Shown: in pieces, positions 13,841 through 24,771 of the stretch
How positions within the stretch are numbered: position 1 is the first letter of the stretch
Layout: every line of letters starts with the position of its first letter
The notes under the pieces: model-generated
What the model was told of the DNA's origin: nothing
The model's database searches: none
What the model saw: only the letters and a program-made list of their open reading frames with translations
Assembly: GCA_045837725.1 (NCBI GenBank)
Contig: JBEWZL010000235.1
Location: 1-64,000, forward strand
Origin: Vermamoeba vermiformis
Lineage: Eukaryota
Length of the DNA: 64,000 bases
Reading direction: 5' to 3'
Program-made: the position numbers and the translations under genes

Positions 13841-16177
13841 TTATTTCTTCTTGGTAGGGCTCAACATCTGTTCAGGTCTGACCCAAGAGTCGAACTGATC
13901 TGCGGTCATCACGCGCAACTCATCAACAGCTGCTTCTTTGAGCGACATGTTCTTCTTGTGAGCTTCTTTAGCGACCATAGCAGCCTCTGTTAACGATACA
14001 ATTAGGCCAAAATAATCGATAAGATAGTACTTGGTGGTACGTACTGTCGTAGCCAATGTGAGGGTTCAAAGCGGTGACTAACATCAACGAGTTTTGCACG
14101 TAGTGCTTAACTTGGCTTTCATTAACCTTCATATCTTCAACACAGTGTTTTCTATAACATTATTAGCATTTTAAATTACTCAAAGATGCGTCTATCCTTA
14201 CCGGAAGGAATCGCAAGCGTCCGCCAAAAGTCTGCTGGATCGCAAAACGTTGGAAACAATAACAGGCTTGAAGACGTTCAACTAATGGGAGAATTGTTAG
14301 TTCAAAGCGTGTTATGGCATAGGCTGAATAATTGCGTACTTGGAAGTGACCGTTGGCACCAGCGAATGTGACAGCCACGTGATTGCCCATGACTTGAGCA
14401 CAGACCATTGTCATGGCCTCACATTGAGTAGGATTGACCTTGCCAGGCATAATCGATGAGCCGGGCTCGTTTTCAGGCAATGACAATTCTCCGAGACCGC
14501 AGCGAGGACCCGAGGCCAAGAATCGAATGTCATTGGCGATCTTGTTCAGTGAAACAGCCAATGTGTTCAAAGCACCGCTGACTTCGACCATCGAATCGTG
14601 CGAGGCCAATGCTTCGAACTTGTTAGGAGCAGTCTTGAATGGAATGCTGGTCATCTTGGAGATTTCTTGTGCGATTCTAACATCAAAATCCTCCATGGTG
14701 TTCAAACCCTAACAATTAATCAGAACAATTTTACGATATCTCACGAAACAAGAGGGACTTGACACGCGTCACATCCTCAATTTTTCACGGTAAAAGGACG
14801 TCTAAGAAAAACTTACAGTGCCGACGGCAGTACCACCTTGAGCCAACAAATAGATGCGAGGCAAGGCGGCTTGAATGCGCTCGAGACCAAATGTAAGTTG
14901 TTGAGCCCAAGCAGACATTTCTTGACCGACAGTCATGGGCACAGCGTCTTGAGTGTGAGTTCGGCCAATCTTGAGCACGTTGGTGTACTGGTCTGCCTTT
15001 TGCGACAATTCATTTCTCAACTTTTCTACGGCAGGAATCAATCTGTACAAAATATCTACGGCTACGGCGACGTGCATGGCAGTGGGGTATCTGATTTGAC
15101 ATCAACAACGTTAAACTAGGCTTTGTAATAATAACACATGTCTAGTATATCACTTACGTGTCATTAGATGATTGCGACATGTTGACGGAGTCGTTAGGAT
15201 GAATAGGTTTTTTAACACCACGAGGGAATCCCAACAATTCATTGCCTCTGTTAGCAATGACCTAGCACGAACAAAAACTTTGTTAAAATGACGCTGGGTA
15301 TAGAATATTATAATGCAATAGTACCTCGTTGACGTTCATATTAGTTTGAGTGCCAGATCCGGTCTGCCAAATGACAAGAGGGAATTGGTCATCGAGTTTT
15401 CCAGCGTAGATCTGTCAACACCAAAAATGTTAGAAAAATTGCAACAATTCGAGCATTGTATTAAATGATAATTATATGATTAAGCGATGCTAAATATACC
15501 TCATCGGCAACTTTGCAAATTGTTTCTGCGACTTGCTTGTCAAGGCCGTAGTCCTGGTTGACAATGGCAGCTGCTTTCTTAATAACGGCAAAGGCCTTGA
15601 TTATAGCATCGGGCATGCGCTCCTTCTCACCACCGATGTCGAAGTTATTCTTAGATCTAAGGATGGAACCGTTGTTAGTAATAAAACTTGGAGCAAGATC
15701 CAGCAAAACACGAAACGAATTTTTTTGAAAAATAAGGAGTCCAATTTGAAAGCATTATATGATATGATAATTAACGATGTATAACAGGTCTTAAAGTGCG
15801 CTGCAAAACGAATTTTCTATGATGAAAACTAGAAAAATTTTCATTCAAGTATCAACTAAAGCAGCAAATAATTTTAAAATTGCAAAAATATTAGAATAAT
15901 GCTAAGGCGCGAAGAAAAGTACTAAGCGGCAGCTATTAAGAACAGGTCGCTTGAAATTTAATTTAGGAAAAATTTCAAATTATGCCTACGCAATTATTTA
16001 AATCAATTACCTCTCGGTTTGAGCACCCCAGTACTTGTCCTTAGGAACCTTAACGGGACCCATTGAATCGTATTCAATACGGTACTATTAAATCACGAAC
16101 AAGTTAGATTGCATTAAAAAGAGAAAAATAAGCTTTGTAATGATACTTACTTGATCGTCGTCGGTATTTGTAGCCAT
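13841..16177 (-). CDS. fumC: Fumarate hydratase, class II
   Basis: [49 protein letters not shown] and the signature [15 protein letters not shown]; multiple introns. Confidence 0.96.
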
Positions 16178-16626
16178 ATTTTAGTGTTTTGATTGCAGTT
16201 GTTAATTGAAAGCAGGAATGAATAAGATTGCAAAAAAATGTCTGGTATTTCTAATTGCGCCAAACGACACTTAACACAATACTATCTAATAGAAAGGACA
16301 GATTATGCACGTCCTATAGTCCCATGCATATCATAACAAATTGGTAAGAGACATGTTAATTGAAAGCCCGCCAAACATCTAATCTGTTCAAACACATGTT
16401 TAAATTTCAGCGTTTAACATTAAGAGATATCTTTTTTGTAATTATATTGTCGTGCCACCTATATATAGAATGAATTTAAAAATCTACGCAGTCGGGTTTC
16501 GCAAATCTGCCCAATAGCCTGAAAATAATTTGTTGTTATTATATTAGTACAATAATTATTAGCAGTGCTTATATAATGCTAAATATGATTTAGGAATGAA
16601 ATCAAAAATGCTAATCCACTTCTCGT

Positions 16627-16674
16627 TTCTAAACTACCAAAAATATATATACAGCGTCTTTTGGTAGTTTAGAA
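16627..16674. repeat. Perfect 16-bp inverted repeat with a 16-nt loop
   Basis: ttctaaactaccaaaa (16627-16642) and ttttggtagtttagaa (16659-16674). Confidence 0.9.
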
Positions 16675-16694
16675 TATATATTCAGCCGTCTTTA

Positions 16695-16905
16695 ATCCAT
16701 GTAGCCTGGCGTCTCTGCCTCCAGCAATATTTTGCGGCCCTCCAACACCAAGATCCCCGTAGTAACTTATCACATCCGATCTGAGAAGTCACCAGCGTAC
16801 CACGCGTAAGTCTTGGCCTCAGGTGAGAACTTCCATACGTCGTTTGTCCCCCCTAGTATTAAATTTAGAATAGGTTGAGACAGAGGCTAGCATTACCGGA
16901 ATCGC
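16695..16905 (-). ncRNA. Candidate structured non-coding RNA of unknown family (~200 nt)
   Basis: GC-richer island with no ORF. The ends pair (16699-16715 with 16877-16893), and nested helices pair with G-U wobbles only on the minus strand. Confidence 0.45.
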
Positions 16906-17461
16906 GGGCAGTTAACTTAAAAATAACGGCAATTATTGACGGAGATAACCCGGGAGATCAATTTCAGTGGGAGCACCAAATTAGGAAGAGCGCGGTTGCG
17001 CAATAGCGTTGGCCAACCCTGACACTAACCCTGACAAATCTTTTAACCTCAAAGCCGATCAGAATTGCACATCAGCGATCCGATCTCGTTTTTATTTTCA
17101 AACCGTAAGTTATTGAGGGATGCATCGAGCGGTAAGACCTGTAAAAACGGAAATCAACGTTGAAGCACTTGCAATTTTGTCAGATCGACCTTAACACCCC
17201 CCTTAAAATAGATTATTGGCTTAAAATAGCATCAATTTAAAATAATGCTCATCTTTGTTAGGACCTCAGCGTTTTCTCATCAATACGAAGCTCGAGCAGT
17301 GGTTGTTTACATGTTTGCAAGAATTTTTTTGCCGTTACTACCCCCAGATTAAGGTTCCTGGATAATTAATCCAGAAAAGATTGCAAAGCGGTTTTTTTTT
17401 TGCAACAACAACAAAACCGTCGGTTAGTTTATTTTCAATCGATCATTGCCACACACACACG

Positions 17462-18311
17462 ATGCAACAATTCTCTACTATTGCTATCACTTTACTCCTC
17501 GTTGGAGCAGCTATGTCGCAGAGTCTTCCAGGAGGCTACTGGACTGTTTATACTACGAGCCAGTGCACTTCTGGCTCTGAAATCCTCTATCAGTGGTGGA
17601 ACACTTTTACGGTAAGCGATCTCGTCTTTGCAACTCTTGCTGGGCTTTGCTAATCAGTTTTTTAGTCGGATAACGTGAAATACGCCAACAACATTGCGTG
17701 CACTCAATTAGGCTCTACTTCTCAGTATTACACTTTTACTGCTAATCAATCTACATTCGATACATCGATGTTCAGTGCTGGCAATGGATGGAACATCTAC
17801 TTTACCCCATCTGATTGCTCGAACAACCCGATGTTTTCCGAATTTAATGCAGGTGCGGATCGATTTATTAAAATTTAACATCGACTAATTATTTAAATCA
17901 GTTAAAATCGGCGAGTCTTGCGCTGCTTTTGAAATCTATAACGGAAACATGGAGCAGTTCCCTACTAGCTACAATTTTCCTTCGTGCCCCTCTGATGGCA
18001 ATGGCAATGCTACCTACTTGACTTACAGCACATTCGATTGCACCAACGCCGCTACTCAGACTATCTCGGGCCCTGTTGGTCAATGCTATATGGACGATAA
18101 CGGCTATCCTCGTCTGATCTACTGCAATAACTACGTTGCTCCTCAAACCCCAACCAGCATGCCCAGCGCTCCCATGAATGCCCCAACTGCCGTGAATGCC
18201 CCAACCGCTACCCCTGCCCGCAGCCCATCTGCTACTCCAGCTAAGAAATCAGATGCCGCTTCGATCTCCTTCGGATTGACCGCTCTAGTTGCAACTGCCA
18301 TTATGCTTTAA
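17462..18311 (+). CDS. Secreted, probably GPI-anchored Cys-containing cell-surface protein
   Basis: Signal peptide MQQFSTIAITLLLVGAAMS, Cys-spaced ectodomain, Pro/Thr/Ala stalk and C-terminal SDAASISFGLTALVATAIML; 3 exons. Confidence 0.8.
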
Positions 18312-18475
18312 AGTTGATCGTGCATTTCACTTCACTATAATTAAATGATAAATTTATACTTCATGAAAAGTTCAAAAAACACGGAAGTATTCGAGCATTT
18401 AAATCTCTATGTACATTTATTAACAACAAATACATGCGCAATATATAACGCGTCAAGATTGGATAGCATCATGTC

Positions 18476-20246
18476 TTATTTTGGCAACACACTCGCGTTC
18501 ATAACCTCAAACTCGTCCACATCCAGGGGCGGTGCGGTCGCTCCGTTATCCAGTATCAAAAAGCTCATATTCATATTCTTGATATCTTCGTGTGTGCTAG
18601 GTGCCACTGCATTGTTATTGTTCGCATTAATCATTGTATTTACATCAGCCGCGGTGATTGGCACGGTTGTCGTTGTGACCTGTTGCGCGTCATTATCTTC
18701 GATTTGACTGACACTGCACCACTCGATGGATTCTTCGGCCTTCATTGGCTCTAAGATTGGGTACTCGGATATAGAGCTTCTATAATTACAACAACTAGGT
18801 TAGTAAATTGCTCACGTAGAAAAAGGCACTCAAACATCGGTGCTCGAAAGAATAACTTGGTCATATTTGAAAAATAGTAAAACTATAATGATTTGATATT
18901 ATGTATGTATGTGGTGCTTACTCTAATAAGGAATTGAGTTCATCGTGGCCAATAATCTCGACGCCATCTGCTTTTTGAATGCCATCAGCCTTCATCTTAT
19001 TGAACCATTCTTGCAAATTATCAACGGACAGCTCCATAATAGTAGGCTCCGTAGCCATAGGCAGAACATTGCTGTTAGAGGTGTTGGAAGGCACGGGTGG
19101 AATGGCTGACGATAACGGTTTCAGATCTGATTTTGCCGCGTTGTTGTTATTGTTAGGTTTGCTCGATGGGCTTATAGGCCACACTGAACCATCTAACAGC
19201 GCCACTGGTTGCTTATTGGTGTTATTGTTGGGCTTCGGGCTTGAAACTGGATCTTGAAGTTTCAACGGAGATGCGTTGTTAGGCTTGTTATTGTTATTGC
19301 TGTTGTTATTGTTATTATCATTGGGACTATTATTAGGGCTATTTAAAGCTTCAGGTGGTGTCTGCAGAGGCTTGTAGTCTTCAATTATTTGCCAGCCTTC
19401 GTACACTTTGCTCGATTGTTCTGGCGGGATCTCAACTAACGCAGGACGGAATGCTAGCGACTTGGCCGATTCGTACATACGTAGAGCAGCTTGCTTAGTA
19501 AGCTTTAAGACGACTACCTTGCCTCCTTGAATTGCCGCTAAAATGAGACGTTAGATTGCGAACGTAACGTAACCAATGCCGACGGCAAATTAATCGTCAA
19601 ATGCTCTATATACTTAGCGTACTTACAATCTTTCAATGAGGACATAATAAGATAGCCTGCAGTTATGGCAAGACCTACAAGGGCGAGTCAGATTTGGAAT
19701 CGATAGATCGAGCACTATTCGACAGTTGGTACACTTACCACCAGGGCCTCCAATTGATCCTCCGAACAACAATGCCAATGGCACGTGAGAGACTTTATCG
19801 GCGACTAATAGAAAGTCAGATGTGCTCGTATAATTAATTTTACCAATTTTCGAACTTACTGGACGAAATGACATAATCTGGTAGTGCTCCTAAGTATGGC
19901 AACTTTGATAACAATGCTTTTATAGTCGTAAGAACAGCTGGGCGAGCTACAAAGAATAATAATGAGACAATTCCGAAATTGAAGAATAATTCAAATTCGC
20001 AATTATAACCGCCTAATTAATTCTTATTTCGTGCTATAAAATTAATATATATATGTATATTAATATTGGGTATTTTTTGAAGCCCTAGAAGCTTCGTTTC
20101 CGAAATTTTTACTAATCAGATGTAAAATTGCAAATGGTGCTGCAAGACCTACCAGCATTGCCAACGACAAGTGTGGCTGGTAATCGCAACCCTAGCGTTG
20201 TTAATATCGACAACATTGCTTTAATTCCTCCTAATACGATTGCCAT
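18476..20246 (-). CDS. Uncharacterised protein with hydrophobic N-terminal segments and Asn-rich low-complexity regions
   Basis: Spliced reading MAIVLGGIKAMLSILTTLGL..PYLGALPDYVISSIADKVSHVPLALLFGGSIGGPGGLAITAGYLIM..RMYESAKS joins the 18918-19478 and 18476-18745 ORFs. Confidence 0.65.
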
Positions 20247-20644
20247 CTTCGATCTTTGTTAATCCTCGAATGGTTGATAGGTATTGATTAACAAGTATAT
20301 AATACAATTATTTACAACATAAATATACAAGGTGTGGTGTTATGGTGATAAAAGGGGTTGGTTTTACCTCAAAGCAAACTCCAACAAGAATTTTTGACCG
20401 TTGTTGGGCACGTGCTTTTAATTCTCAGTACGCAGCACTAGATCGACGAACATTCCCGTCTAATATTTGCATGGATACTGGGTGTCGAGTAATAGTATTA
20501 TGTGATAATGCGGATGAAATAGTTGCTGTAGCATTTGCTGATTTTTCTTTTTATTTTCGTGATCCAAACCACAAGAATTTGAACAACGACAAAATATTAA
20601 AATTGTATTATATTCAATTTAACTACAAGTAATGCTTTGTTAAT

Positions 20645-20701
20645 AACACTTGACCATAAATACAGCAATTATTCATTGACTGCGTTTATGGTCAAAGTGT
20701 T
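20645..20701 (-). other. Long hairpin in the 3' UTR of the calmodulin-like gene
   Basis: aacacttgaccataaa..cagcaat pairs with attgactg..tttatggtcaaagtgtt, giving a ~24-bp stem with a ~5-nt loop. Confidence 0.75.
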
Positions 20702-20724
20702 TTCGTGGACCTAGATCCATCATC

Positions 20725-22088
20725 TTATTTAGTTCGGTGCTTCATCATATTAACGAATTCATCTATAATATAAGGTTTGTTAGTAATAGCCCTCGAGCAC
20801 AGTACATTAATGGCAATTTGATCTTCGAGCGCGATTGTACTACTGAGTTTCAACGCAAGATTTGTTAACACTTACCGTAGTTAACACGACCGTCGTTATC
20901 AGTGTCAGCCTCCTTCATCATATCTTCAATCTAAAAAGATCAATAGGTCAGTACACGTTACCATTAGCAGCATAATGAACTTGATTGCCGTTATTAAAAC
21001 TCCGAATAAATTTGTAAAACATGCTCGCAAACAAAATATTTCGAGCACTAATGTATTTACGGCAGCCTTTTAAAATCCATCATCGATGTATAATTAAATA
21101 ATCAATATCAAGTACTGTTCATTACGTACATCAGCGTCAGTGAGAGTCTCGCCAAGAGATTGCATAACTTGCTTCAATTCAGCGGGTTCAATGTAACCGT
21201 TGCCGTCCTTGTCGAACACTGTACGCGACAAAATGTTAAAAAAAATATGGAATTAATGTATATTAATTGTTTTTAGGCTTAGCAAGCATCCACACTCGTA
21301 AACTGTATTTTAAGTGGCGGCGATCCTTGAAAATTCTTTCTAAAACTTACCCTTGAAGGCTTCCTTGTATTCATCCTCTTGATCAACATCCTTCATCTTC
21401 TTAGCCATCATAACCAAGAATTCGTTGAAGTCAATAGCACCGTCGCCTGGATTTGAAAATAACTTTAAGTTTTTATACTTTCATGAACAGATAATCAAAA
21501 TAAAGATGGCTCGCGTTGCAAATTTATAGCAATAAATAATATGAGGTCTTGCGGTAATTTAGTACTAACGTACCATCAGCATCAACTTCGTTGATCATGT
21601 CGACCAATTCAGATTCAGAAGGGGTTTGGCCCAATGATCTCATAACAGTACCCAACTCTTGAATAGTGATGCTACCTATTTTTTGTTCGATTATAAGCCA
21701 GCTGGCAGAATAAGGCGTCTTCTAGATTTATTTTCGTATTTTAGAAATCTGCTTACCGTTGTTATCTTTATCGAACAATTTGAATGCCTCTTGGAATTCA
21801 GCGATTTGTTCCTCGCTCAAAGAGTTCTTAACGTCGTCCTGGGGAGGTAAAAGCGAATTAGAATTCAAAATTATTTTAAAATTAATATTATCGTTATTGT
21901 AACTATTTTTGCCGAGGAAAAATGTCATTAGCTCGAATCTAATTAATGATCAAATATAATAATACTTTCACACTACTTTGCGCTCTAAAAATTTTCATGA
22001 AGGCGGATATAGGTTGCAAACGCATCTTCACTATTCCTCGCTATTCTAGCTGCATATTACTTACAGGAAGGTTGGTTGGGACACTCAT
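20725..22088 (-). CDS. Calmodulin-like protein, 4 EF-hands
   Basis: [87 protein letters not shown]; 7 exons. It diverges from canonical calmodulin at the termini. Confidence 0.93.
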
Positions 22089-22813
22089 TGTATGTTTGTT
22101 ACTGTACGGTTGTTTAACAAAATGAAATTGGGACAAGAAGATTTTTATTACGTTACCGTTGCGCCCAGAAATACCACACGTTATTTAGTTATTCTAATCG
22201 TTATTGTTTATGCTCCTTATAATATGGTCGCAAACGCATGAAGAATAGAGCAAATTGAGAATGTAGAAGGTTGCATTTAGGAACTAGATGTCCAGCAGAC
22301 GAAGTTTCCTATAACGCCAAAAACCAGTCAATTATTAAGTAACAAACAGCGTAAAATTATACGATTTGAAAATTCTAAATCAAATCTAACTCAGTTCTAC
22401 GGGACAGATGTTCAACTGCCAGGTAAGCGGAGCGTAATTTTTAATGTTGAAATCGTAAAATTGTACAATAATTAACCTTACAATATTCCAGTTCGATTGA
22501 ACGGCCCAAATTACGATAATTAGATTTGATTCTTTCGCACGTGCGATCCTAACACATTCCCTGCCTTCTAAATTCACAAATTAACTTGCCATATGCAGTA
22601 ACGTCCTTAAGATGATTTATTTGCGTACTAATCAAGTCCCAGAAGTTTCGTGCAGCGCTGAAATTTGGCGAGCAGTCCGGTTCGTCAATAACTATGCTGG
22701 GGATTTTCGCTCGTTGAAATATAAGTCAGTTTGATTCGTCTTCCGCTAACAATTTAGTAATACAATACAAGAAGTCGCACTAGCAAACACAGATCAGAAC
22801 GAAGAATTCAGAA

Positions 22814-24510
22814 ATGGAAGCGAAGACAGTGCATCTAAAGCTAGGGTTCATCGGCGCGGGAGCAGTAAATTTCGGTGGTGCTGAAGGACCCTGGGACCAC
22901 GTAAGTATCGATAAACATTAAAAGTTTTCTAAATTGCAAAGGTTTCTGTTGCAGATCAAGGCTGATTTTTTGCCTGTTGTTGTTGCCAGTATCTTTTTCC
23001 TAATTATTATTTAAATTAGGCTTCGAGAATTGAAAATTTGGCACATTCCGATCATACGATCGGCAATATAAAGCTTAGTTTAAGCGTCGAAGTAGTCGGC
23101 ATTGCGGATGTCGATCTGGCCCGCGCAAACACTGTTCTCGACGCTCGTCGAAAGAAGCTTAAACATAGCGAGATCTGGAATAATACTAAAGTATTCACAG
23201 ACTTTAAGGAAATGCTAGACGTGACCAAGCCGGATTGCGTGTTCATTGGCCTGCCTCCGCTGTTCCACGGCCAAGCTACAGAAGGAAAAAATATGGAAGT
23301 AGAATGCACTAAACGCGGGATTCATTTCTTCGTCGATAAGCCAATCTCTGTTCAACATCCAGAACAAATGAGAAAAGATGGTTACGTGGACATGATGGAC
23401 AAAGCCGAGAAGAGCGGAATAATGATTTCAGTCGGATACATGTTCCGCTACAGTCGCGCAGTGAGCAGGATCAAAGAAGAATTAATCAAGCATTTTGGCG
23501 GTAAGTTGTGGATCACGCTCTTTTCAACACTTGTTTAAAGTATCTTCAACAATGAATTGTGAAACTAACACATGTACTTAATATAGGTGCCGAGAAGGTT
23601 CGTATAGCGTCAGTATTGGCTCGCTACTGCTGCGCATATTCGAACATCACGCGCAAAGATTGGTGGGACCAACGTGTCACAGCGGGACCAATCGTTGAGC
23701 AAGCAACGCATTTTGCTGACTTAGCACGGTGAGGAATATGAAATAGCAGTGCCTATAACGCATTTGCGCCTTCAGGGTAGCGAAAAAGCTGCTAGATGTT
23801 GTTGTTGCGTTCTATGAAACTAATGGTCACCTCTGTAGGTACATTGGAGGCGAAGTCGATCTCAAATCCCTGCACGTTGTAGGTATCGGCCCTCGTGCTA
23901 GTAACGGAAACTTCAGCGCGTTACCTACAGACCCGCGCACTGGTAAACCTGTCAATGAGAACGTGCCCATTGAGCACCAAATTCCAAGGTAAGTAAGAGA
24001 TTTTGACCCCTCACTATAGCCTTACTATAATCGCCTCAACTACACTAAGATACTAAACGTACTGTACGATAGTTAATGAGATACTAACCGAGATTTAGAT
24101 TGACACATGCATCGTGGAAATACACTTCAGGTGCAGTAGGCATGTTGACGCACGGAGCTATGTTGCACGGCAACAAGTACGCGTGTGAGATTGAAGTGTG
24201 GGCTGACGGGTTCCGCGCAGTGTTGTTGGACCCCTACTACGAATGCAAGCTGTTGTTGCGCACGACAGCTACTGGTGAGTCATTCGTCTCGTACCTACTT
24301 TACCAGTGCCTAATTTTAGTACCATTGCTAGGCGAGGAAGATATCGAGCTGTCTTTTAACAACGATGACTACTACCAGTCTGAACTGAGCTGCTTCATCT
24401 TTGCGGTGGCTACGAATAACCGAGATTTGATTCTCAGCCCGTTCTATGACGCTATGAGAACCTACGAGTTGACCTGGGCCATTAAGGACATGTTCGACGC
24501 GACCCAGTAA
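22814..24510 (+). CDS. Gfo/Idh/MocA family NAD(P)-binding oxidoreductase
   Basis: LGFIGAGAVNFGGAEGPWDH, DCVFIGLPPLFH, FVDKP, VGYMFRY and GPIVEQATHFADL. Confidence 0.88.
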
Positions 24511-24771
24511 CGCGCTAAGGTAAATCCGGATCAACCCGATCCTGGACTTGACGTTCAACCAAATTCTCTTCTATGAATGTACAATTGCTTGCAAGTAACA
24601 TAAATCACACCACCAAAATTTACTGATACTCACTTATTCCTAAAAACGGTTTCCCAAAAGTTCGGGTGCGGTCGATCAGGGCTTGCACAAAAAAAGAGGA
24701 AGGCGGGTATAAATAGACATGTTTTCGCTAAATATCCCACCGCTTCACCACAGAACAACACCACACCAATC

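Noticed and set aside
16775-16830. CTGAGA as a TPP riboswitch or hammerhead core
   Set aside because: The remaining conserved motifs (ACCTGAT..TAAT..GCGTAGG; CTGANGA..GAAA) are missing.
16820-16836. GGAAGTTCTC on the minus strand as RNase P CR-I; AAGATCCCC on the plus strand as RNase MRP CR-I
   Set aside because: No complementary CR-V/P4 partner at a suitable position on either strand.
19135-19335. (TTG/TTA)n tracts as standalone microsatellites
   Set aside because: They encode poly-Asn within the 18476-20246 gene, which is ordinary low complexity.
20342-20632. 96-aa plus-strand ORF between two minus-strand genes
   Set aside because: No recognisable motif, and it lies in probable UTR/promoter DNA; not supportable as a gene.
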